Shown here: positions 13,104 to 24,773 of the stretch, piece after piece
Numbering within the stretch: the first letter of the stretch is position 1
Layout: each line of letters starts with the position of its first letter
Assembly: GCA_951406725.2 (NCBI GenBank)
Contig: OX597837.1
Span: 14,756,001 to 14,820,000, forward strand
DNA from: Octopus vulgaris
Taxonomy: Eukaryota
Direction of reading: 5' to 3'
Length of the DNA stretch: 64,000 bases
Notes under the pieces: generated by a model
Seen by the model: only the letters and a program-made list of their open reading frames with translations
The model's database searches: none
Told to the model about the DNA's origin: nothing
Made by a program: the position numbers and the translations under genes

Positions 13104-15066
13104 TACACACACATATACACACATACACACAGTGAATTGAGTAAAATGTTAAAGTTAAGCATTGCTGAAACTTAATGGCACAGATGTACAAAATGTGTCA
13201 AAGTAATTATAAGCAGCCTAATGATTATGGATTAGCCATTCACATAGATATCCACACACTGTTTCCATCTACCAAATTTCGCTCTCAATGGCATCAGTCA
13301 ACTCAGCGCTATGGTAGAAGATACTTGCTCAAGGTACCATGCATCCAACCCAGAACCTGTCTGATAGGGAGACAGACTTCCAAGCCACACACCTATGTCT
13401 TTGTCGATTTACCAATATGATTAAAAAATAAATTTTGCATTGCATATTTATTTCCAAGTTGTTAGATTTTATTTAAAGATTTGATATATTTAAATAATGT
13501 TTTTTTAAATATTCATCAGATCTATGAACAGAATCTGATAGAGAGATAATTTTGTAACTCCCACACAGATATGAGATGGGTTTAAAAAAAAACAATAGCA
13601 AAAGAAAATTTTTTTTAAAATTATTTCAGCATTTTCATTGTTATTATCCCAAGCCATTCCAAAGGTGTGAGACATTTTGGCACAGCCCTCTTGGTGCTAC
13701 TTATTTGGCATGGCTGATACGACGCCAAATAGAAATCTGGCACTTTAATGCTTCTTGTTCTAATATTTCTCTCTTTCCCTTTCCCTTTCTCTCTGTTTAT
13801 ATAAAAGGTAACACCCAACACCAGGTAGGCCCATGGCCTGTCAGCCGAGAAGTTCTCGTCCATCCCAAGGCCTTCTGTTTGTTTTGTCAGCAGGTCCACC
13901 ATTCATCGCTGGATTGCCAGGCCTGTCACATCTTCACCATATTACTCATTTCATATCAGCTGACTGGAGCAGGGCAACGTGAAATGAAGTGTCTTGCTCA
14001 AGAACACAATTCATCGCCCAGTCTAGGAATTGAACCTATAATTTTACAATTATGAGTGCAACATTGCAACCACCAGGCCACATGCCTCTACCTGTGTTTA
14101 TGTGTATGTAATCACATTTCTCTACACATGTAGGAAGAGAAATAAAGTGTTTATATCAACCATTCCCAATCAATAAATTGTAATGTCTGTCTGTCTGTCT
14201 TTCTATCATTATCTTCCTATCTGCACACGTGTGCCTGTATGTGTGTGTGTGGGTGTGCATGTGTGTTCCCTTCTAGTGCCAAAAAGTACTACCACCAAAA
14301 CATACTAAGCGTCCAGCCAGTGATGCCAAGTTGTCAGCATCCAAAACACACCTGTGCCAAAACCACCTTGTTCCGCCATTCCCCGACGCTACTGTTAAAC
14401 GAAGATCCAATGAATTTCTATTAAAATTTTGCAATAACAACAAATTGGTGCAACGAAATTTGTGTAAAGTTTAAAACAAGCTGAGTTTGCTGCAGCATGG
14501 CAAAACGGAAGTGTTTGGTTAGTCAACGTCGTATGAAAATAAAATCTTCCACCAACACCAACCCGGAAGAAGCCAATGGTTGACTCTTTCGATACTCACC
14601 TTCTAAGCTTAAAAAATTTTGAGAATCTGATAAGAGGGAGGGGGGGAGTTTTTATAAGAAAAAGGGAAAAAAATAGTTTATACAAACACAAGCATTTATA
14701 CATCTCCATATATATATATATACATATATATACACATATATAGATAGAGAGATAGATAGATAAATATATATAAATAATATATACATACATACATACATGT
14801 ATACATATATATATATAAATAATATATACATACATACATACATGTATACATATATATATATATAAAGAGATAAATATATATAAATAATACATGTATACAT
14901 ATATATATACATATAGATAGATAAATATATATAAATAATATATATATATATATATATATACACATACATACATGTATACATATATATATGTGTGTGTATA
15001 TAATATATGTATGATTCTCTCTCTCTCTCTCTCTCTCTCTACATATATATATATATATATATATAT

Positions 15067-15101
<35 letters not shown>

Positions 15102-15461
15102 TAATATATATATACATATATGTTTCTAAGTTTGCATACACATATTCATATACATTCATAGATATATAGATATATCTTTATTAGCTTATATATACCTACA
15201 CACATCATATATATATATAAACACACACACACACACACACACACATGTTCACACACACACACACACACATGTTCACACACACACAAGCACAGGTATACAC
15301 AAACACACACAGACCTACACATACACTCATGACATTCTTTGTGAATAAATATAATTTTATATAAAATAAAAAAAGAAACAGGAACGCAGGTGATTTGTCT
15401 AAACGGAGGGAATAAATTGGAAAAAGATATTAATGATTTTAAAGTTGAACATGGAAGTGAG

Positions 15462-15618
15462 CTATTGTGGGTCTCCCACAGTGTCTGCCAGTCCTACTAG
15501 ATAACCCTTTAACTGAGAGTCATATTCAGTGCTGTCTGGCTTTTCGGTAAGAACCCATGTGTCATCAGCGCCTTGGACATTGGCACGACATACTGGACAA
15601 GTTCTGTGCAAAATATTC
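15462..15618 (-). CDS. RNF141: RNF141 last coding exon (WNILHRTCPVCRANVQGADDTWVLTEKP...VGDPQ*)
   Basis: Acceptor tttttgcag precedes 15618. Supplies the CPVC that completes the RING and a D.TWV motif; TAG at 15464-15462. Spliced CDS is 702 nt (233 aa). Confidence 0.93.
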
Positions 15619-15936
15619 CTGCAAAAAGAAAGAAAACAAATTTAATGTCTCAGTCTGTGAAGTTAAAAAATGATTGAAGGATGATGGAACAAGAATTTAT
15701 TTGGTATGAAGCATGTCGTATGATTGCTTCCAACTCGGATTAGTTTGTCTACAAGACTAACAGCAGAAGCACATATCTCTCTCTCACACACACACAAAAT
15801 CATCATCGTCATCATTCCTCCATGTGTCTTTCCATGTTCACATGGATTAGCACACAAATGATTTCATACGTAAAGCGCACTGCTAACACACTAGAACGCG
15901 GTACTGACTAATAAAAACGTTTAATATACTTTATAG

Positions 15937-16230
15937 CAGTGGGTCCCAAGGTGGACAGTACTGCCCCCACCTGGGGTGAGGGTGAAAAGATCCAGTGGGG
16001 GCGTTGAAGGAAAATGGGGCAATAACAGGGTAACCAAAACGGCATAATAGATGTAAAAAAAACAAACAAACAAAATAAAAGGTTAATTAGGTTGAGTTGT
16101 ATTTGTGAAATACCGTTGTTTTGAACTTGCTGCAGAAAAATGGTCTGTCTGTGATGGTGAATGGTGGGGGCTCTAGGAATGTGGCCTTAGAACCAAGGGG
16201 GTGGAAGCCTGAGAAAGTTTGGAACCGCTG
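15937..16230. mobile_element. hAT (Charlie/Buster-type) MITE in an RNF141 intron
   Basis: Termini CAGTGGGTCCCAAG and TTTGGAACCGCTG; 8-bp TSD CTTTATAG / CTTTAAAG with central TA. Confidence 0.75.
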
Positions 16231-16772
16231 CTTTAAAGTATATTATGGTTGCATAACGAAATACCACCTGCCTACAAGTCATTAGTACAATATGTAAACT
16301 CTCATGAGGTGCAACCCACATGGCCAAGTCCTATCCAGAGTTTTCTAATCTCACCTCAATTCATATTGGAAACCATTCTCCAGCCTTCAGTGCAGTAACA
16401 ACAACAACAACATCAACACAAACAGTAAAGAGTAGCCACTAAATACCTCAGTGGCATTTTGTACACTGCGTGGTCAGTCCACATCACTCTGTAAGGAGCA
16501 CACGGCCAGTTTCCTGGTTTCTTTGGTGCATATATTTTTTCTCCCCCCTGGATGGGATGCTAGTCCATTGTAGGCTTACTCACTTAGGCCAGCTGAGTGA
16601 ACTGGAGCAATGTGAAATGAAGTGTTTTGCCCAAGGACACAACACATCGCCTGGTCCAGGAACTGAAACCACAATCTGTCAATCGTGAGTCCACCACCCT
16701 AACCACTATACCACGTTACGGATGCTCTACCAATTCCACTTAACAGTAATGTAGGAAAGTCTTGGAACTTAC

Positions 16773-16895
16773 CAGGAGTCAATGCAAATTTCACAAAAGC
16801 AATGCATACAAGGGAGGATTATTTCAGACTTCCTTTCCATGCAAATGCAACATTCTTCATCTTCTTTATCGGACGAAGTCCCAATCTGTTCGACC
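16773..16895 (-). CDS. RNF141: RNF141 coding exon 4, most of the C3HC4 RING (EECCICMERKSEIILPCMHCFCEICIDS)
   Basis: 123 nt between tgtttcag and TG|GTAAGT; RING Cys/His spacing is visible in the ORF-track peptide. Confidence 0.95.
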
Positions 16896-17219
16896 CTGAA
16901 ACAAAAATATACATCATCATCATTTAACGTCTGCTGTCCATGCTGGCATGGGTTGGACGGTTTGACTGGGCTAGCACACTGAGAGGCTGTGCCAGGGTCC
17001 AGGCTGATTTGGCATGGTTTTCTATGGCCAGATGCCCCTCCTGTGGCCAATCATTGCCTCTTTCCAAGCAAGAGAATGATTCTTGATGGCCAGACATTTT
17101 CTCACAGAATATTGGAAATGGCTCTGCTTGTATGACAGTGGAAATTATTTACAGCTATCATGAAATGTCAAGACAGAGAGACACAAACATACACACACAT
17201 ATAAATATACACATAGCTA

Positions 17220-17257
17220 TATACATATGTATACATATATATATGTATATACATATA

Positions 17258-17307
<50 letters not shown>

Positions 17308-17421
17308 CATATATATATGTATATATATATATGTATATACATATATATATGTATATACATATATATATGTATATACATATATATATGTATATACATATAT
17401 ATGTATATACATATATATATG

Positions 17422-17480
<59 letters not shown>
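17220..17480. repeat. Compound (TA)n microsatellite with an 18-bp ATATACATATATATATGT minisatellite; representative of many (TA)n/(CA)n/(GA)n tracts, e.g. 190-280, 7580-7895, 14700-15290
   Basis: Directly visible periodicity; source of the YIYI ORFs in the track. Confidence 0.95.
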
Positions 17481-17482
<2 letters not shown>

Positions 17483-17842
17483 ACCTGCTCGCTTAGCCAC
17501 CGAGGTGGCGTCATTCGAAGGCTAAAACAATGCGAACACATTGTGACCAGCAATGTGTAACAACGTCTGATGGTCTGGTCGGTCACGTGATATATATAAG
17601 TATATAAGAGTGTATGTGTGTGTGAGTGTGTGTGTATTTTTATAAATATGTATGTGTGTCTACATAGCAGGAAAGAGAGAGAGAGAGAGAGAGAATGAAA
17701 ATATAAACCTAATGAGGAGGGGGAGATAACTCGAAGAAATTTATTGCAATTGAGTGGTTTTAGCGTCTTATAGAAGGAAACCCCTACTTTGAGATTATTC
17801 AACAACATCAAGTGAAGACCCTTGTCTTAAGTTAATACTTAC

Positions 17843-18009
17843 TCTTTAAAAAGTAGGGAGGCTGAGCATGTCCCACTTGACGCAGAGTCCCCACTCTGGT
17901 CATTCAGGTTCATGCTGGCTATTTGCTCCGTGATTTCCTTGTAGAGCAACACATACTCCCTCAGGTTCAGGAGACGGGAAGATTCAACTTTCATTGTACG
18001 AGTATTGAT
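17843..18009 (-). CDS. RNF141: RNF141 coding exon 3 (INTRTMKVESSRLLNLREYVLLYKEITEQ...CSASLLFK)
   Basis: 167 nt between cctttcag and GA|GTAAGT; open frame (phase 0 to 2). Matches the RNF141 IN...VE.SR..NL.....LYK.IT.Q segment. Confidence 0.92.
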
Positions 18010-18378
18010 CTGAAAGGAGAAAGAGGGAAACGGTGTTTGGGCTTCTTTGTTTTGTTTTTTAAATACTTAATCAGAGAAAGGAGAGCAGAAGTGGCCATCC
18101 GTTACCTGGCATCCATTACCTGGTGTAATCCCTCATTGTACAGGAGAGAGACACAGAGAGGGAGTGAGAGAGAGAGACAGAGAGAGAGAGTGAGAGAGAG
18201 AGACAGAGAGAGAGAGTGAGAGAGAGAGACAGAGAGAGAGAGTGAGAGTGAGAGAGAGAGGAGGGGGAGAGGGAGAAGAAGGGGAGAGAGAGAAAAAAAG
18301 TTTGTTTTCCATGCTTTTGTTTTTCCTGTTCTCGTTTTACATGTTGTTCACATTTTCTTTGATATATGTATGTATATA

Positions 18379-18415
<37 letters not shown>

Positions 18416-18799
18416 TTTATATTATTATATGATCGAATGCCACACATCCATTTCCAAGAAAGTTTTATATATGTGTGTGTGTTTGTATATGTGTATGCAT
18501 ATATATATATATATATATATATATAATGAAAATAAGCAACAGCATATCAAGCAGTAATACAGTACGACCGTTTCAAGTGGCCCCATTTAATTGAAGAGTG
18601 CAATCATATAATGGTTAATGTGATGATTGCATTGTTCAATTAAATGGAACCACTTCAAACAATCATACTGCATCACTTCTTGATATCCTGTTGCTTATTT
18701 TCACTTTATTCACCATACTTCAAGCTGTGCAGATAATCCCAGACTGACTTGGTACTTCAACTTAAGTACCTAGTTCAAATGAATCTCAATATATATATA

Positions 18800-18834
<35 letters not shown>

Positions 18835-18867
18835 GAGATTCATTTGAATTAGGTACATATATGTATG

Positions 18868-18909
<42 letters not shown>

Positions 18910-19313
18910 CATATGTTCCATATTATAACCATGCTCTAAAATTAAGTGGTTTCAAAGTGGCTTCAAAGATAAAATATTTTATATCCCCGATACAAAACTC
19001 GAAACTAAAATGGCCAATATCTTCAGGAGAACCAACCTACAATCTAATACTATGGCCTCCTCTTTAGATAAACCAATTAGATATTTAAAAAAAAAATAAT
19101 GCCCAAATAAATAATGTTTCATTTAGGAATTTCCATAAGTATTAATCGTATAACTCCGACCAACTTAAGGAAACCAAATATTCAAAAATCTAGGAAACAG
19201 AAAATAACATGGTTTGCCCTGCCCTTCTCTCTTCAGGTTAGATCATAATTGAAATTATGGTAACGTTTTTGACCAGCAGGATGGACATTTCTTCACCAAT
19301 GGACTTCAAGCAT

Positions 19314-19760
19314 TCATCATCATCATCGTTCAACTGTGGTCGAGACAATGGAATTTACCTTGCTATGCCAGACTTCACAGTCCATCATAGCATTATGGAG
19401 GTCCTGTTGCTGGATGCCTGTATCCCTGGAGATTACATCAGGGTAGGAGAGTGTGCATCCTCTGGTATTGCGAGTAGATGGCTTCCAGGGGAAGAGAGTA
19501 GAAATTGCCTCTTTTTCAGCTCTACAACAATGTCCAGCAAACTGGACTCTCCTACCTTTCACAAGAGATGACACAGGTGGTAGTTTCCCATATATTTGCA
19601 TTTTGGTTGGATGGCGCCTCCACGAGAGATGTTGTTCAAGCATTGCAACAACAGTGGAAGAAGCATGTGGGCCACAAATGGGGAACTATGCTGGAAACTA
19701 AACCTCATTTTGTCACATTCCATGAGAGTATCTCAGTTGGCCTATGAACATTCCAGGAGA
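19314..19760 (-). mobile_element. RTE-like LINE 3' end with (TGA)n tail
   Basis: Peptide SWRRHPTK...RRVQFAGHCCRA...MMDCEVW ends in the stop codon and TGATGATGA. A related 3' end lies on + at 24215-24302. Confidence 0.8.
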
Positions 19761-19820
19761 CCCTTGTTAAGATAAGCACACACACACACACTGAATAAGG
19801 AATTATATTTGCTGTCTTAC

Positions 19821-19929
19821 CTTCTGACATCGAATGCGTACTGTGCCCTTCCATAAAAGTGTGTCGTCGGTTCCGATGCAGACAGAAAAACGCAACTGTT
19901 TACCTTTGCGATCAGCAAACCCAGCAGTA
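19821..19929 (-). CDS. RNF141: RNF141 coding exon 2 (TTAGFADRKGKQLRFSVCIGTDDTLLWKGTVRIRCQK)
   Basis: Not in the ORF track. 109 nt between ctctttacag and AAG|GTAAGA; keeps frame (phase 2 to 0). Aligns with the RNF141 F-x-V...WK..VR..C.K segment. Confidence 0.92.
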
Positions 19930-21044
19930 CTGTAAAGAGAAAAAACTTCAGATGAAAACCATTGATTTAGTTATTATTTTTAGCTCTAGATCAATCCTCA
20001 TGAGGCAGACCAATGAATTCAAAGCCATTCCAGACACGACTATCCTAGATATTTATATTTCCATGTCTATCAGGGACTACATTAACCATTGTGTTCTTTA
20101 GGATGTCAGGATGTGATTTGAGTGTGATTTGGTTGTTATTTCTAGGTAAATCAGCCGGCTGTATAAAGGCTTCCCTCTTTGGCTTGTGTGGCTGTTGTTG
20201 TTTAGACCGACCCATGTTGGGCCTCATCAAGAAGATTTATAAACTGTATTGAATTCAAAATGGTAACCAAAGTTACTGTTGAAAAGACAGCGGATAATCT
20301 TGTAGACTTTTACCAAGAACACCCTGAAACAAAATGTTCCACCCCACAGTAAACCAAAACAGCCCGTGTACACATAAAAGACAACAGCAGCATCAAGAAC
20401 TATACTGGCCCAGGACACTGTCCTGGGACACATGGCAGGAACTTTTAAATGCAGAACAGCAACAAACAGTAGCACTTTGACCATGACCACACTGCCAGCC
20501 CTTGCTCTGACCACTACCAGGACTTAATGTCCAGTACACTGGACAGTAAAAAGGGTGCAACATGTCCTTAATGTCACAAAAGTGTATCCAATTCCTGGAG
20601 GTGCTTTGTGTCCTTAATTGACTTAATTTCATGTTTCTCCAGTCTAGGTAGCTGGCAAAAATGTGTTCTACCTGGAATCCAAATGGGTTAGCTTTGTCAC
20701 ATTCTGTGTACCTTGCTGAATCTCCCTGAGAACTATGTTAAGGGAGTGTGTGTCTGTGGAGCGCTCAGCCACTTGCACATTAATTTCACAAGCAGGCTGT
20801 TCTGTTGATCGGATCAACTGGAACCCTCGTCATCATAACAGACAGGGTACCAGTTATTTATTTATTTTTTTGCCTAACGCATGTCAGTATATGCAGTTCC
20901 TTGCTAAACTAGGAAATGGTATGAAACATTTGGAACGATAAATCGATGGATTGCATCAAGCCATTCAGCCAACAGCCTCAGGGCTTTAGGACTGTTCAAC
21001 CTGATGACCTTTGACTACATCAATAAAAAATAATAAACATAAAA

Positions 21045-21575
21045 GGCATAGGAGTGGCTGTGTGGTAAGTAGCTTGCTTACGAACCACATGGTTCCGGGT
21101 TCAGTCTCACTGCATGGCACCTTGGGCAAGTGTCTTTTACTATAGCCTCGGGCCGACCAAAGCCTTGTGAGTGGATTTGGTAGACGGAAACTGAAAGAAG
21201 CCTGTCGTATATATGTATGTGTGTGTATTTGTGTGTCTGTGTTTATCCCCTCAACATCGCTTGACAACCGATGCGGGTGCGTTTACGTCCACGTAACTTA
21301 GCGGTTCGGCAAAAGAGACCGATAGAATAAGTACTAGGCTTACAAACAATAAGTCCTGGGGTCGATTTGCTCGACTAAAGGCAGTGCTCCAGCACGGCCG
21401 CAGTCAAATGACTGAAACAAGTAAAAGATTAAAAGAGTATATCACATGGTTCCGGGTTCAGTCTCACTGCATGGCACCTTGGGCAAGTGTCTTCTACTTT
21501 AGCCTCAGGCCAACCAAAGCCTTGTGAGTGGATTTGGTAGACAGAAACTGAAAGAAGCCCATCGTATATATGTAT

Positions 21576-21607
<32 letters not shown>

Positions 21608-21808
21608 TTGTCCCCCCAACATCGCTTGACAACCGATGCGGGTGCGTTTACGTCCACGTAACTTAGCGGTTCGGCAAAAGAGACCGATAGAATAAGTACT
21701 AGGCTTACAAAAAGAATAAGTCCTGGGGTCAATTTGCTCGACTAAAGGCAGTGCTCCAGCATGGCCACAGTCAAATGACTGAAACAAGTAAAAGAGTAAA
21801 AAAGAGTA
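21045..21808 (+). mobile_element. Two tandem copies (second 5'-truncated) of a tRNA/CORE-type SINE with internal microsatellite; other copies at about 10518, 28493, 41365, 48293, 55734, 59086, 61450
   Basis: Head GGAGTGGCTGTGTGGTAAG...GGGTTCAGTC, CORE-like CACCTTGGGCAAGTGTCTT and tail GACTGAAACAAGTAAAAGA recur across the window. Confidence 0.85.
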
Positions 21809-21830
21809 TATCACTGGAATATATACTTAC

Positions 21831-21976
21831 GTTCTATTGAGTTCATTAACAGAGTCTAAAAATTCTTCATAAGTAAGGATAGCAGTTTTCTTTATAATAT
21901 CAAGATGCTTGGTCAATTTGCCTTGGACAATACCAAGGTAACTGACAGCTTCTGGAATGCTCTGATTCTGGCCCAT
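21831..21976 (-). CDS. RNF141: RING finger protein 141, coding exon 1 (MGQNQSIPEAVSYLG...LTYEEFLDSVNELNR); the exon starts at 22007 with 31 nt of 5'UTR
   Basis: ATG at 21976. Acceptor tttcag precedes 22007 and donor AC|GTAAGT follows 21831 (phase 2). MG-Q start and LTYEEFL motif match the RNF141 N-terminus as I recall it. Confidence 0.93.
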
Positions 21977-22239
21977 CTTGTAATCAATTAGTAAGGTGCT
22001 GTAACCCCTGAAATTAAATGAGCAACAAACAGTTAACACCATGAACAAACATCACTGAAATAAAATCCATATCAATCATCATCATCATCATCATCATTTA
22101 ACGTTTGTTGTTCATACTGGCATGGGTTGGACAGTTTGACCAGAGCTGGCATGATGGAGGGCTGCACCAGACTCCAGCCGGATTTGGCATGACTTCTATG
22201 GCTGGATGCCCTTCCTAACGCCAATTAATATTAATCAGA

Positions 22240-22667
22240 ACCAAAATCGAAGTCGATCGACATCAATGGAAATTGCAGCTGTGATACCAGTGCCGGTGGC
22301 ACGTAAGCGAACCATCCGATCGTGGCCGTTGCCAACGCCGACCTGACTGGCCTCCGTGCCGGTGGCACGTAAAAAGCACCATCCGATCATGGCCGTTGCC
22401 AGCCTCGCCTGGCGCCTGTGCCGGTGGCACGTAAAAAGCACCATCCATTCGTGGCCGTTGCCAGCCCCGTCTGGCACCTGTGCCAGTGGCACGTAAAAAG
22501 CACCCACTACATTCACAGAGTGGTTGGCGTTAGGAAGGGCATCCAGCCGTAGAAACATTGCCAGATCAAACTGGGCCTGGTGCAGCCTTCTGGCTTCCCA
22601 GACCCCAGTTGAACTGTCCAACCAATGCTAGCATGGAAAGCGGATGCAAAATGATGATGATGATGAT
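22240..22667 (+). mobile_element. SINE-like repeat with internal ~60-bp tandem units and an RTE-type (TGA)n tail; other copies at about 25553, 28008, 46645, 48673, 52620, 53060
   Basis: Four GTGGCACGTAA units, then GGTTGGCGTTAGGAAGGGCATCCAGC...CATGGAAAGCGGA...TGATGATGA. Confidence 0.8.
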
Positions 22668-22734
22668 AAATCATATAAAAATAAATCTACTATCTCACTT
22701 TATACACACAGATTGCCATGTATATCCTCTATAG

Positions 22735-22978
22735 CAGTGGCTCTCAACCAGGCTCCATATGGCCCCTAGGGAGTCCAGACAGCCCTTAGGGGTCCATGTA
22801 AGATTTTGCTGTTAAAATTTATCTGCAATAAATTGCTCATACTTGGACAATACACAAAATATTTAACATTCCTAAAAATAGAGTAGGATTTTTTTAGACA
22901 TCGAAGGGCTTTGAGGGTCCATCTCAGTGAAGTAGGAATGAAAGGGATCCATGGGCTAAAAAGGGTTAAGAAACACTG
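22735..22978. mobile_element. hAT (Charlie/MER5-type) MITE; a second family member at about 39115-39355
   Basis: TIRs CAGTGGCTCTCAACC and GGTTAAGAAACACTG; perfect 8-bp TSD CTCTATAG at 22727-22734 and 22979-22986. Confidence 0.88.
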
Positions 22979-23154
22979 CTCTATAGCAAGACCCCTGCAT
23001 TTGTCCCTTTATCATACTTTAGCCTCTCAACACCAAGCATAAGGCCACCTCTTCCTCTCAAATACTCTCCTAACACATGCAGTCGAGGAGTTGTTTTCCT
23101 GTCTTGCCAATGGCATGAAAAAAAGAAAAACAAAGCAACCAGTACACACAGTGA

Positions 23155-23232
23155 AAGCAGAGGCACAATGGGAAGCAGAGGCACAATGGGGAGCAGAGGC
23201 ACAATGGAAAGCAGAGGCACAATGGAAAACAG
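23155..23232. repeat. 18-bp minisatellite (AGCAGAGGCACAATGG core), about 4 copies
   Basis: Direct inspection; produces the IVPLL repeats in the ORF track. Confidence 0.85.
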
Positions 23233-24300
23233 AATACTGAGTGACAAAGGCCTCAGCTGATGTATTGAGGAGAGATGTCTGTGCAAGTATAAAAGATGGG
23301 GAGTTGTTCTGAGTGAACAGAGTAGCTTCTTCATGGTGTCTATGATAGAGGAAGAGGTGGGGGGGGGGGGAATCACAAGATGGATTCTTGAAGCCAAGTC
23401 AACCAGCAGGAGATTGTAGGGGTTGACCAAGAATGAGATGGTTGGATAAGATTCACAGCCTCAGTGAGTCACACTTGGGACTCTCGTCAGAAAGTGTAAT
23501 GAAGTACTGGAGTCAACTTGTTCAAGTGAACCCAGCCACGTGGTGCTCCAGCATGGCCACGTTCCAACAACTTGAAATAAGCAAAAGATAAAAGATACCG
23601 CAAGTACTTACTGTACCACATGACAAGTTTATCTGCCCCCCCACCCACCTACTAATTCCACGAATCGACTCTCTTCCCTTTTTGTCAAGTATGAAGGAAA
23701 ACAATTGTTAGACTGAGATAAGAATGACAGGTTTCATAAAACAGCATTGCTTTTATAAGCGTGAAGTGGAGTTTTTGCATCTCATACATTGCATTGCATG
23801 TCACATCAGATCTAAGGAACAGGAAGTCACAATCAAGGCCAAAACAGATAATGTAGTTGTGAAAAGTAAGCAGTGACACATTGAGCAGTTGCTCACGGGG
23901 TTTGCTGTTAATAAATTCCATAGTCTTTTCAAATGGCTAATAATGTGTGCACGCACCACTACTACACACATTGGAAAGCATTGTACAACCAAGCACTAAA
24001 GAAGGTCTTTCCTCCTCCATGAGACAAAGCTGTTCCCGCTGGATGTCAACCCAGTATTTCTAAGCTACGGACCGAGTGATTTATTGTAAGGTTATCTCCC
24101 TAGATAGATTGCCTTCACTACAGCTAAGGAGCCCTTTCTACCCCACTGACACAGGTTGTACTGGTTTAAAGTTTACCAGTAGTAGGATCCGATGCTGCAT
24201 ACATCAGATCCGACCTGACAATGCTATGATGGACCGTGAAGTCTGGTGTAGCATAGCAAATTCTATTGCCTCGACCACGGTCGAACAATGATGATGATGA

Positions 24301-24773
24301 TGTTAATAAATATCATAGGACTCAGAGTACTGATGAGTTTAGGGGCCTCAAGGGTCTAGAACCCATTTTTAATCTCTGTATGTTGTGACTTGCTGTCAAT
24401 ATATAAATATTCTTTCCTACTCTAGGCACAAGGCCTGAAATTTTGGGAGAGAGGGCCAGTCGATTAGATCAACCCCAGTACACAACTGGTACTTAATTTA
24501 TCAACCCCCAAAGGATGAAAGGCAAAGTTGACGTTGGTGGAATTTGACTCAATACATAAATGTTATAGGGTCTAATGATGAGTCTAGGGGCCGCACGGGT
24601 CTAGAGCCCATTTCTAATCTCTGTATGTTGTGGCTTGCTGTCAATATATAAAAATATTATAGGGCCCAGCGTACTGATTTGCCTAGGGTCTCACAAGACT
24701 AAGGGCTCGTTTCTAACCTATGCATGCTGTGGCTTGCTGTTAATAAATACTCATGGGCCAGTGTGCTAAATTT
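24301..24773. repeat. Diverged ~100-bp tandem repeat (3 full copies plus 1 partial) interrupted by a SINE fragment at about 24411-24550
   Basis: Recurrent ...TAGGG...CTAG.GCCCATTT.TAATCTCTGTATGTTGTG.CTTGCTGT.AAT units. Confidence 0.75.

Noticed and set aside
22290-22505. Regularly spaced GTGGCACGTAA repeats resembling a CRISPR array
   Set aside because: The spacers are homologous to each other, the units recur within a dispersed SINE family, the context is eukaryotic, and there are no cas genes.
23455-23490. Minus-strand CTGACGA followed by a GAGTC/GACTC stem
   Set aside because: The GAAA box that must follow stem II is absent.
23606-23700. Minus-strand ACA|GTAAGT donor that could mark an extra RNF141 5'UTR exon
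   Set aside because: No convincing acceptor upstream; cannot be supported without transcripts.
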